From assembly GCA_964514595.1 (NCBI GenBank), contig CAZEQZ010000002.1:250898-314897 (forward strand): DNA of 64,000 bases, in the 5' to 3' direction. The notes beneath the pieces were generated by a model, which was not told where the DNA came from, searched no databases, and saw only the letters and a list, made by a program, of their open reading frames with translations. Below, in pieces: positions 1 through 8,526 of this stretch. Each line of letters opens with the position of its first letter. Position 1 is the stretch's first letter. This DNA comes from an uncultured Candidatus Saccharibacteria bacterium (GTDB lineage Bacteria > Patescibacteriota > Dojkabacteria > SC72). Position numbers and translations under genes: made by a program.

Positions 1-180
1 ATCACTATATTAATAGGCTGGTATATTTACTCTAGACCACTTGGACAAATAGCTATCCAAAAATTGGTAGAATCAGGACTATACAAAGAAGCTGAGATAG
101 CTACATGGAGAGTATTTAGACCAAGAAAATACTTCGAAGCGAAGATATTAAAAAAGTTAAAGAATAGAAAAAAGATTTAA
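1..180 (+). CDS. 3' end of a hypothetical (probably membrane) protein, truncated by the window edge
   Basis: Frame 1 is open from base 1 (ITILIGWYIYSRPLGQ...KKLKNRKKI) to TAA at 178-180; not in the ORF track. Confidence 0.6.
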   Translation: MTILIGWYIYSRPLGQIAIQKLVESGLYKEAEIATWRVFRPRKYFEAKILKKLKNRKKI

Positions 181-590
181 AGATTATCCAAAATAAACTC
201 AAGTGGGACTCCATTACTACCGTAGGCTTGCTCCTGAGAATTAATTAAAAAGTAGTAAATCTCCTTACTAAGAAGTTGCTCCAAAACAACCTGATGCTCT
301 CTTGATTTACTCCTATTCACCAAATCCACAGCAACCATATCTAAGTTAGACCTATCCCTACCATACAATACAAATCCAACACACTCTGCTTTTGTTGACC
401 ACGTAATTTGCGTAGAATAATTCTTTTCCCCTTTCTGTACAAAGACATTATATGGGACGCAATCCCTATTAGACACTCCACCTATATCAAACCCTACAAC
501 ATTTCTTGTGACAAGAAGTATAGTGGTAAAGGAAACTACCAATATGGCAAATACTCCAGCTATATAAAATACATTCTTATTCATCTTCAC
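177..590 (-). CDS. Membrane-anchored fibronectin type III-like / purple acid phosphatase N-terminal-like protein
   Basis: N-terminal TM helix; the pattern 'ITWST..CVGFVLYG...HQVVLEQL...YYFLINS' is FN3-like. Confidence 0.55.
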   Translation of the reverse strand: MKMNKNVFYIAGVFAILVVSFTTILLVTRNVVGFDIGGVSNRDCVPYNVFVQKGEKNYSTQITWSTKAECVGFVLYGRDRSNLDMVAVDLVNRSKSREHQVVLEQLLSKEIYYFLINSQEQAYGSNGVPLEFILDNL

Positions 591-999
591 TTATTACTAA
601 TATATAACTCTCCTGAGTAGAACTATTCATACCATCCGATACTCTCAGAACAATCTTATAAGAACCACTACTACCCAAAGGAACCTCTCCACTCAGAACC
701 ATGTTCTCAATAGAAAGCCAATTAGGACCCTCCACATACTCTATCGTCAGATCCTTAATATCAGTATCCTCATCCACAACCCTGATAAAATACAAATACT
801 CCTCGCCCTCATATCCCACGATAGGGGGTAAACTAACAATATACGGAACAAAACTCCCCTCTTGCTCACCCATAACCTCTTCTTCATAATCTTGAGGAGC
901 TTCCTTAGGATTCAATACTGTATACGTGGAGGCCAAAATAGTAACTAACATTACAAAAATCATACTAATGAATACCTTTAATCTCCTACTCTCCTCCAT
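577..999 (-). CDS. Membrane-anchored putative Ig/cadherin-like domain protein
   Basis: N-terminal TM; 'VVDEDTD...GPNWLSI...LSGEVP...YKIVLRVSDG' matches the putative Ig (He_PIG)/cadherin-like repeat pattern. Overlaps the downstream ORF, suggesting an operon. Confidence 0.6.
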   Translation of the reverse strand: MEESRRLKVFISMIFVMLVTILASTYTVLNPKEAPQDYEEEVMGEQEGSFVPYIVSLPPIVGYEGEEYLYFIRVVDEDTDIKDLTIEYVEGPNWLSIENMVLSGEVPLGSSGSYKIVLRVSDGMNSSTQESYILVISEDE

Positions 1000-1026
1000 T
1001 CTATAAGTTTAACATAAAAGAAAATG

Positions 1027-1055
1027 TTTACAAATAAATGTATAATATATATAAT
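1027..1055 (+). promoter_or_regulatory. sigma70-type promoter for rpsT
   Basis: TTTACA-N17-TATAAT. Confidence 0.6.
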
Positions 1056-1090
1056 ACCTTGACTCAAAATCATTTATTTAACAACTAGAA

Positions 1091-1387
1091 ATGCCAAATT
1101 TAAAGACATCTATAAAAGATCTAAGACAAAATAAAAGAAGGAAAACATATAATGACAGACTCAGAAATAGAATAAAAAAGTCTGTTAAGAAACAGAATTC
1201 CCTTCTAAAAGAAGAGAAAACAGCAGAAGCTGAAAAGAATGTAAAAAATATATACAAAGTTCTTGACAAAGCCGCTAGAAAAAATGTTATAAAAAAAGGT
1301 AAGGCCAATAGAATAAAATCTCGCCTTACTAAAAATTTAAACAAACTGTCCCAAAATAATGTCAAAACTGCTAAAAAGAGCACTTAA
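1091..1387 (+). CDS. rpsT: 30S ribosomal protein S20
   Basis: MPNLKTSIKDLRQNKRR...LDKAARKNVIKKGKANRIKSRL; basic protein of 98 aa. Confidence 0.95.
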   Translation: MPNLKTSIKDLRQNKRRKTYNDRLRNRIKKSVKKQNSLLKEEKTAEAEKNVKNIYKVLDKAARKNVIKKGKANRIKSRLTKNLNKLSQNNVKTAKKST

Positions 1388-1907
1388 AATATCCCTAACA
1401 CCGGCAATATTAATGATTGCTGGGAAGTTTTTGGGGATAATGATTCCAAGTATTGTGTACGATCTACACTTTCTTGTTGAAAATGATATACAGGGTATGT
1501 TCTCCATACAGATACTCTTCACAGATCCACAAACTACACTTTTTGTTAACTCCGTATCCAATCTAGTAATGCTACTTCTACTAGCACTTCCAACTATATA
1601 CTTCATAATCAAAACATCCATATACCAGACATCTCTCCAAAATCCGAAAACAGTAGTTAAAATAACAAGATTGAACATACTGAAATGGATCACAAAACAG
1701 GACACCACATTTCTTCAAATATTCATATGGTGTGCCTTTTTAGTAATATCATCGGCCATAGTAGTGATACAGTCCCTGCAAGCCACCTCATACTCATGGA
1801 CAGGTATAATCGCTGGAGCCATATCCCTCACATGTATATGGGGAACAGTAAAGACATTTGAACTAGAAACTGATAAGATATATCCTAAAGAAAACAACTA
1901 TTACTAA
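1359..1907 (+). CDS. Hypothetical integral membrane protein (about 4 TM)
   Basis: 182 aa ORF with several hydrophobic helices; overlaps the end of rpsT. Confidence 0.75.
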   Translation: MSKLLKRALKISLTPAILMIAGKFLGIMIPSIVYDLHFLVENDIQGMFSIQILFTDPQTTLFVNSVSNLVMLLLLALPTIYFIIKTSIYQTSLQNPKTVVKITRLNILKWITKQDTTFLQIFIWCAFLVISSAIVVIQSLQATSYSWTGIIAGAISLTCIWGTVKTFELETDKIYPKENNYY

Positions 1908-1908
1908 C

Positions 1909-2499
1909 ATGCCCATACAGAAAGAAAAAGTTAAAACAGTATTTACACAAATTCTAGAACCAATGGCTCTAGGCGTATTAGCACTTCTTTTCATTATCCC
2001 GATAATAACCGTAATGAACCTCACTCCATTAACAAAGCAACTTCAAAAATTAGACATCCTAGGAGTAACAACACAAAATGAGGTGAAGGTGAGATTGGTA
2101 GAGGGTAAACATGACATATTCACCAGCGAGAATCTAGTAAAAATGGATGATCTAAATTTTCTATATTCAGTAGTTCTTAATAAAAGATCCTCTGACAACT
2201 ATTCAAAACCAATACTCGAAATAGAAAATAGAGGAGAAGAGCAAAGAGAACTTTCCTTCTTTGGACAAACAGTTAGCAACACTCGGTCCAACATATTGTT
2301 AATCGTTAATGACAAAACATATAGAATTCAAAGTAGTAAGGGAGAAACATATACCCAAAGTATATCTATTTCTCCCAGAGATAAGGTTGTTATATTTCTG
2401 GCAATAGAAAATCTTTCTGGTATACAATTCTCAGAAAACTTCGATATGGAGATATCGATCTCCGAATCTACGTCGACTACATCGACTACGTCGGAGTAA
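1909..2499 (+). CDS. Hypothetical membrane-anchored protein
   Basis: Single N-terminal TM, beta-rich body, Ser/Thr tail; starts 1 nt after the previous stop. Confidence 0.7.
   Translation: MPIQKEKVKTVFTQILEPMALGVLALLFIIPIITVMNLTPLTKQLQKLDILGVTTQNEVKVRLVEGKHDIFTSENLVKMDDLNFLYSVVLNKRSSDNYSKPILEIENRGEEQRELSFFGQTVSNTRSNILLIVNDKTYRIQSSKGETYTQSISISPRDKVVIFLAIENLSGIQFSENFDMEISISESTSTTSTTSE
2468..2494 (+). repeat. 9-bp tandem repeat x3 (CTACRTCGR)
   Basis: ctacgtcga ctacatcga ctacgtcgg, encoding the STSTTSTTS tail. Confidence 0.7.
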
Positions 2500-2605
2500 T
2501 CATAAAACATCACTCTAACAATGACTATATGGATTTTGTCTCCGATTTTTAATACACTATAGGTATCCCTAATCCAACTCCCTAGCCTGTGATATAATTC
2601 CACGT

Positions 2606-4420
2606 ATGAACAATCAAGAGAAGATACGAAATTTTTCAATAATCGCACACATCGACCATGGAAAATCAACATTGGCAGATAGGATGTTAGAAGCTGTACA
2701 TATTGACCTCTCCAGGGAGAAAAGAAAGGAAAGAATCCTAGATAGACTAGATCTGGAACAGGAAAAAGGAATAACTATTAAACTTCAAGCATGTAAAATG
2801 GAATGGAAAGGATACCAGCTAAACCTAATTGATACTCCAGGACATGTAGACTTCTCCTATGAAGTATCCAGGTCATTGGCCGCTTGTGAATCTGCAATAC
2901 TTTTAGTAGATGCAAGTCAAGGGATACAAGCACAAACCATATCAAATACAAAAAAGGCTTTAGATCTAGGATTAACAATAATCCCAGTTTTAAACAAAAT
3001 AGACATACCATACGTAAACATTGAGGAAAGAGAAAAAGAAATAGAAGGATTACTAGGATTCTCTAAAGACAACATCATCAAAGTATCAGGAAAAACTGGG
3101 GAGAACGTGGATGCTCTCCTTGACGCAATAATTGAAAGATCCCCTACTCCAAAGGGAGATCCCTCAAAACCCCTAAAAGCATTAGTCTTCGATTCCTTCT
3201 ATGACGAACACAGAGGAGTAGTAATAGCAGTAAGAATATTTGATGGACAAGTACAGCACATACCTGGAAAACCTTTAGAACTTAACATGATACAAAGGGG
3301 TGAGAAATTTAAACCAACAGAAATAGGAATCTTCTCTCCAAATTTAAAAGAGACAAACATATTAAATACAGGAGAGGTGGGATACATTGCAACTGGCCTA
3401 AAAGACATTAGCTATTTCACAGTTGGTGATACTGTCTCTAATACAACAAATGTAGAACCCTTGGAGGGATATAAAGTACCCAAGCCCAACATGTTCGCAA
3501 CGTTCTTCCCCACAGATCCAGAAGAGTATGAAGAATTAAAAACATCATTAATAAAACTCTCCCTTAATGATTCTTCACTCACATTCACAGAACAAAGATC
3601 TAGCCTACTTGGCTCTGGTTTTAGATGCGGTTTCTTAGGACTCCTCCATATGGAGATTGTCCAAGAAAGATTGGAAAGAGAGTATGATGTGAGTCTAATA
3701 GTCACAGCACCAACCGTAGAATACCAAGTTACCAAATTAGATGAGACCGAGCTAGAGGTTCAAACTCCAAATGAACTGCCGGATCCTTCGGAAACAAAAG
3801 AGATTAGAGAACCATGGGTAAGGACAGAAATACTAACACCAGATAAGTACATAGGAGATTTAATGAAACTCTGTCAATTAAAAAGAGGCCAATATGTTAA
3901 TACAAAATATCTCACAACTGAGAAAGACCTTAAACTAAAAGAGCAGTATGTTCTACTCGAATACGACATTCCACTAGCCTCTTTGATATCCAATTTTTTT
4001 GACCAAATGAAAAACATAACTAGTGGATATGCTTCCATGGAATATGAATTTATAGACTACTTCCCTGCCGATATTGTTAAAGTATCTGTACTCGTAAATC
4101 ATGAAGAAGTTCAAGCATTGAGCTTTTTAGAGGTGAGAAGTGAAGCACGAGCAAAATCTGTTAAGCTACTTGAGGAAATGAAGAAAGCTATTCCAAGACA
4201 ACAATTCCCCATCCCTATTCAAGCTGCCATAGGAGCCAAAATAATTGCCAGAGAGGATGTAAAAGCATTCAGAAAAGATGTTACAGCAAAACTATACGGC
4301 GGAGATTACTCAAGAAAAAAGAAACTTTTAGAGAAACAAAAGAAAGGGAAGAAAAGACTTAAGCAGATAGGACAAGTTACATTACCTCAAGAGGCATTCT
4401 TAGCTATTCTTAAAACATAG
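2606..4420 (+). CDS. lepA: Elongation factor 4 (LepA)
   Basis: IRNFSIIAHIDHGKSTLADR, DTPGHVDFSYEVSRSL, GFRCGFLGLLHMEI, C-terminal RKDVTAKLYGGD. Confidence 0.98.
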   Translation: MNNQEKIRNFSIIAHIDHGKSTLADRMLEAVHIDLSREKRKERILDRLDLEQEKGITIKLQACKMEWKGYQLNLIDTPGHVDFSYEVSRSLAACESAILLVDASQGIQAQTISNTKKALDLGLTIIPVLNKIDIPYVNIEEREKEIEGLLGFSKDNIIKVSGKTGENVDALLDAIIERSPTPKGDPSKPLKALVFDSFYDEHRGVVIAVRIFDGQVQHIPGKPLELNMIQRGEKFKPTEIGIFSPNLKETNILNTGEVGYIATGLKDISYFTVGDTVSNTTNVEPLEGYKVPKPNMFATFFPTDPEEYEELKTSLIKLSLNDSSLTFTEQRSSLLGSGFRCGFLGLLHMEIVQERLEREYDVSLIVTAPTVEYQVTKLDETELEVQTPNELPDPSETKEIREPWVRTEILTPDKYIGDLMKLCQLKRGQYVNTKYLTTEKDLKLKEQYVLLEYDIPLASLISNFFDQMKNITSGYASMEYEFIDYFPADIVKVSVLVNHEEVQALSFLEVRSEARAKSVKLLEEMKKAIPRQQFPIPIQAAIGAKIIAREDVKAFRKDVTAKLYGGDYSRKKKLLEKQKKGKKRLKQIGQVTLPQEAFLAILKT

Positions 4421-4422
4421 TA

Positions 4423-5466
4423 ATGATAAAGAGTTTAAAACTTACAAACTTTAGAAGATTTAATGAACTGACAATCAATATTGAAAAAGATATTGTAATC
4501 CTATACGGTGATAATGCTAGGGGAAAAAGTACTATCCTGGAAGCAGTATATTTAATAACCAATGGAATATCTCCGTGGGCATCTACAGATGAGTTTGTAC
4601 AGAATGAACAGAAAGAAGAAGATAAATATGCAAGAATAGAAGCAGTAATAGATGACACTACATACTCTTTTTTCAAAAACAAGGGAAGAAGAATTTTCAA
4701 AATAGATAATCATAATACAACTCCTAAGAAGTTTTTTGAAAAAACCGCATCTACAATATTTAATCCTGAGCAGATAGAAATACTCATGATATCCCCTAGT
4801 AAGCGTAGAGAATTCATAGATGAGGCTATAGTCATTACGGATTATGCATTTTCAGATAAACTGAAGGTATTTAGGAAAGTCCTTAAACAGAGAAATGCAT
4901 ATCTGAAAAAACTATCTAAAGATTTCTATGAGAAAGGTATTGTAGCTGTAAACGATCCTCAATTAAATTTCTGGACTCAGGAATTCCTTTCTCTCTCTGA
5001 AGAGATACAAAATAAGAGAGAAGATATATGTAAAGAGCTATGTTTTAATAGTTTGAAAGTTGAGTATGTTAAATCAAATAAGGATAAAGATTTGGAAGAT
5101 GCTTTGGAAGAATCAAAAAAAAGAGACATTGCAACTGGATATACTAATGTAGGACCCCATAGAGATGATTGGGTTTTGATAAATGGTTTTGATATTAAGA
5201 AATTCGGATCAAGAGGAGAGAAAAGGTTGGCAATTGGACAATTAATATTTAAGAAACAGGATATTGTTGCAAAGAAATTAAGTTTCTACCCTATTCTCCT
5301 ATTAGATGATATTGCTTCAGAACTTGATAAAGAGAATACTAAATTAATATTTAGTAAAGAGGCTATCAATAAACAGCAGACTTTTGTAACAATAATAGAT
5401 TACAAACAACTACCTAAGCATATTCTAAGTAAGGCTCAGTTAATAGACTTAAATTCCTTTAAGTAG
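4423..5466 (+). CDS. recF: DNA replication/repair protein RecF
   Basis: LTNFR, Walker A GDNARGKS, GPHRDD, GSRGEKR, PILLLDDIASELD. Confidence 0.92.
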   Translation: MIKSLKLTNFRRFNELTINIEKDIVILYGDNARGKSTILEAVYLITNGISPWASTDEFVQNEQKEEDKYARIEAVIDDTTYSFFKNKGRRIFKIDNHNTTPKKFFEKTASTIFNPEQIEILMISPSKRREFIDEAIVITDYAFSDKLKVFRKVLKQRNAYLKKLSKDFYEKGIVAVNDPQLNFWTQEFLSLSEEIQNKREDICKELCFNSLKVEYVKSNKDKDLEDALEESKKRDIATGYTNVGPHRDDWVLINGFDIKKFGSRGEKRLAIGQLIFKKQDIVAKKLSFYPILLLDDIASELDKENTKLIFSKEAINKQQTFVTIIDYKQLPKHILSKAQLIDLNSFK

Positions 5467-6230
5467 TTCTTCATAACTTCCTCTCTGTAATCATGTTCAA
5501 AGAATTCTATCCTTCCCTTATTGTAATTCTTTCTTAATGTTTCAATGTCTGGCCTATGCCCTACGATACTCATAAATAAAAGTTGGGATAGAAAAGCAAG
5601 ATAATTTAATACACCAATTAGAAAAAATGTTTTTCTTCTTGGAGATTCCCTTGATATTAGATTTTCTTTCTTAACAAAGAATTCTTTTTCTAACCAAGGG
5701 TTTTGTGAATAGATATAGTTAATGTATCTTTCATTGTATACGGGAATAAGGTACATAAGTTCATGAAAGTTAAAAATATCATTTTCGAATTGTAGTCCTC
5801 TTTCTTCCGAGATTAGATTAATACATAGTTTATTCTTAACATCCTTGTGTCTTTTTGCCCTTATTTTATTATGGAAGAGATTAAGAAAAACAATAATACC
5901 TCTGTATAACCATACAGTACCATTTCTAACTACTATAAACAGATCTATATCATCTTCGTCTTTTGCGAATCCTGCAGCTACAGAGCCTGAAATCCCTATG
6001 AATCTAACCCAGTTAAAAACCATTAATTTCCCAACATTATCCTTACATACCTGAACTTTAGTAGCTACATTCCCATTACTATCTTCCTTTAGATTTTTTA
6101 AATATTTAATATCTAAACTCTTTAGATATTTCTTCCCCCAGATATATTTAATTTTCTCTTTAGAGACTTTAAGTCGCATTAGAGACCTAAATTTAATTAA
6201 GTTGTCCAATATATTTCCCGTATTATCCAT
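5436..6230 (-). CDS. Pol-beta superfamily nucleotidyltransferase-domain protein
   Basis: 'ISGSVAAGFAKDEDDIDLF' fits the GS-x(8-10)-DxD motif. Confidence 0.7.
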   Translation of the reverse strand: MDNTGNILDNLIKFRSLMRLKVSKEKIKYIWGKKYLKSLDIKYLKNLKEDSNGNVATKVQVCKDNVGKLMVFNWVRFIGISGSVAAGFAKDEDDIDLFIVVRNGTVWLYRGIIVFLNLFHNKIRAKRHKDVKNKLCINLISEERGLQFENDIFNFHELMYLIPVYNERYINYIYSQNPWLEKEFFVKKENLISRESPRRKTFFLIGVLNYLAFLSQLLFMSIVGHRPDIETLRKNYNKGRIEFFEHDYREEVMKNYLKEFKSIN

Positions 6231-6303
6231 GTTTAATTATACTACCTATTTACTTCTAAAACTTAACTTGAAAAGATATCGTAGGGATAATAATATATTA
6301 GAT

Positions 6304-6360
6304 ATGAATAAGGTATTAAAGGTTGGTTATAGGTTATTACTAATATTTGTGATATTCTAG
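6304..6360 (+). other. Candidate 18-aa micro-ORF or signal-peptide stub with its own promoter
   Basis: MNKVLKVGYRLLLIFVIF*, preceded by TTGAAA(6268)-N17-TAATAT(6291) 7 nt before the ATG. Confidence 0.35.
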
Positions 6361-6893
6361 ATTTCCACTCCAAAAATATCAACGCTAACATTCTTTGCAG
6401 TGTATGAAACTGTCACCGTAGGGGTTCCTATTTGGAAATCTATTCCAGGAGTCGCAGCAGGAGCCACATTTGTAAGAATTGCATCACCATACGCTGTTGT
6501 CATAGCTGTCCAAGAGGGCGAGCTATCACAATTCGTAACACATGTCTTATGTGTATAAACCTCATCCCCCTGAGTACCTCCTAAAGTCCAAGGAGATGCA
6601 TCCACTCCCTTCACTTTTATATCTATATTAACATTTCCATTGTTTGTAACAGTTTGTGTGTCATCTAAACCAGTACCTGTAGTTGTTGTATCTCTTAGCG
6701 TATTGACTTCTAAAGTCTCATAATCTATCGAACCATCACTCACCGTTATAGACACATTACTAACTGTAACCGTAGCTGTAACTGATTTTTCATCATCAGC
6801 TGCATTAACAAATGGAGCCATCAATAATGGGGATACCACCGAGAGAGCTATTATTACAGCATTACTACCTATTATCTTAAAGAAAGTTTTCAT
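6357..6893 (-). CDS. Secreted Thr/Val-rich beta-sandwich protein (WxL/TasA-like fibre subunit candidate)
   Basis: Signal peptide ending ..PFVNA/A; 'TVTNNGNVNIDIKV' motif; CxxxC. Confidence 0.6.
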   Translation of the reverse strand: MKTFFKIIGSNAVIIALSVVSPLLMAPFVNAADDEKSVTATVTVSNVSITVSDGSIDYETLEVNTLRDTTTTGTGLDDTQTVTNNGNVNIDIKVKGVDASPWTLGGTQGDEVYTHKTCVTNCDSSPSWTAMTTAYGDAILTNVAPAATPGIDFQIGTPTVTVSYTAKNVSVDIFGVEI

Positions 6894-7060
6894 ATTTATG
6901 AGCAGATTTAAGGAATTAAACTTCTAATAATTATTCTTACAGGATTTGTACAAATTGTCAACTACTCCCAAATCACGACTCTCATCTTGAATCCTCATTG
7001 TACGTTTCTAATATATTCTGGTAAACTTTATCTAAGAAAAATAGTAAAATCTGCCTATAT

Positions 7061-7888
7061 ATGAGACAACATGCTATTCCACAAAATATATTAGATGTTG
7101 AGTTTAAACTCTTTACTAAGTTCACCCTTAAAGAGTTTGCATACTTAGCAATTGGCCTTGGATTTGGAGGTTTAATGATATATCTAACTGTGAGTCAGGT
7201 TATACCTGGTGTACTTGGTATTCCCGTATTTATACTCTCCTCTGGAATAGGAATATTTCTCGGTCTAGTTCCAATCAACGACCAAGATGCAGATGTATTT
7301 ATAAAAAACTACATAAATGCTATTAACAATCCCACACAAAGAGTGTGGCTTAACAAAGATATGAGGGCGGAAAGAGTCAAGCCGGAACTGAAACCCACAG
7401 AAGATGGGCAATTAGTACATAAGGATATTAAAGATGAGAAGAAGAAAATTATTGGAGCTAATCTTCTTGCCCAAGGAGAAACTGTTGAAGAGGTTGAAGA
7501 TATTTTAGATGAGGAACTGAATATTGATGATGAATTAATGGCGACTCCTCCTTTGGACCCCAACTCTTTGTTGATAACAGATCAGAATATACAGAATTAC
7601 CAGTTTACAATCCAAAGCCTAGATAAACTGCCTGGAAATATTAATGTATGGCTATGTACAAAGGATTTCAAACCTATACCCAATGTAGTTGTATACCTAA
7701 AAGATGAACAAGGAAAGGTACTATATGCTAACAGGACCGGTCCTAATGGGTATTTCCTAACCAACAAAATGTGGGGAGCAGGAACATATGTGCTAGAATT
7801 TCAACACCCTGTGTATAAATTTCCGAAAGTCCAATGGGAAATGAGTGGAAAAGGAAGTAAGTTACCAATTAAGATTAACAATATTTAG
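7061..7888 (+). CDS. PrgI-family (VirB3-like) membrane protein with a C-terminal prealbumin/carboxypeptidase-regulatory-like domain
   Basis: MRQHAIPQNILDVEFKLFTKFTLKEF plus two TM helices is PrgI-like; C-terminal 'KPIPNVVVYLKDEQGKVLYANRTGPNGYF'; lies upstream of VirB4. Confidence 0.75.
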   Translation: MRQHAIPQNILDVEFKLFTKFTLKEFAYLAIGLGFGGLMIYLTVSQVIPGVLGIPVFILSSGIGIFLGLVPINDQDADVFIKNYINAINNPTQRVWLNKDMRAERVKPELKPTEDGQLVHKDIKDEKKKIIGANLLAQGETVEEVEDILDEELNIDDELMATPPLDPNSLLITDQNIQNYQFTIQSLDKLPGNINVWLCTKDFKPIPNVVVYLKDEQGKVLYANRTGPNGYFLTNKMWGAGTYVLEFQHPVYKFPKVQWEMSGKGSKLPIKINNI

Positions 7889-7890
7889 AA

Positions 7891-8526
7891 GTGGATAAAA
7901 ATGCGCGAGCGAGAGCTACAGCATCAACACAAGAACATCTCGGGATAAGGGATATTAGGGATGATTTAATAATTACCAAAAATGGAAGTGTGGCTATGGT
8001 AATACAAACCTCATCCATAAACTTTGATCTTTTAGCAGAATATGAGCAGGATAATAAGATATATGCTTTTGCTGGATTACTTAACTCATTAAATTTCAGA
8101 ATACAAATATTAATTAGAACCAAAAGAATTGATATTACGAACTACATAGACTACCTTAAATCCCAAAAGAATAAACAGATGAGTGAGGGATTAAAAAGAC
8201 AGCTTGATATATATACTCAATTTGTACAAAGATTGATCGTGGAAAATGACGTATTGGATAAGAGCTTCTTTCTAGTCGTCCCATACAGTCCAGGCGCTCC
8301 TCTGCCCGGTGCAAGTATATTTGACTCAAAGAAAAATAAAGAGGAACAGGAGAAGTACAAACAGATGAAAACAGATCAGCTAATTGAGAAGGCAAAGATA
8401 TTTCTTTTTCCAAAGAGGGATCATATTTTAAAACAGATTGGGAGAATGGGATTGTCTGGTCGCCAATTAACAACTAAAGAGCTACTATCGGAATTCTACA
8501 CTATATATAACCCAGAGGAGGAGTAA
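7891..8526 (+). CDS. TraC/PrgJ-associated conjugation-type protein (VirB4 N-terminal-like)
   Basis: STQEHLGIRDIRDDLII...SINFDLLAEYEQ...LLNSLNFRIQILIRT; GTG start; lies between prgI-like and virB4-like genes. Confidence 0.7.
   Translation: MDKNARARATASTQEHLGIRDIRDDLIITKNGSVAMVIQTSSINFDLLAEYEQDNKIYAFAGLLNSLNFRIQILIRTKRIDITNYIDYLKSQKNKQMSEGLKRQLDIYTQFVQRLIVENDVLDKSFFLVVPYSPGAPLPGASIFDSKKNKEEQEKYKQMKTDQLIEKAKIFLFPKRDHILKQIGRMGLSGRQLTTKELLSEFYTIYNPEEE

Noticed and set aside
2328-2672. 114-aa minus-strand ORF (and similar antisense ORFs inside lepA, virB4, groEL, dnaK, rpoBC, ftsK, valS)
   Set aside because: Shadow frames overlapping well-supported genes, with no recognisable motifs.
4423-5466. 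Replication origin near recF
   Set aside because: No dnaA, dnaN or gyrB nearby and no cluster of TTATCCACA boxes seen in the adjacent intergenic DNA.
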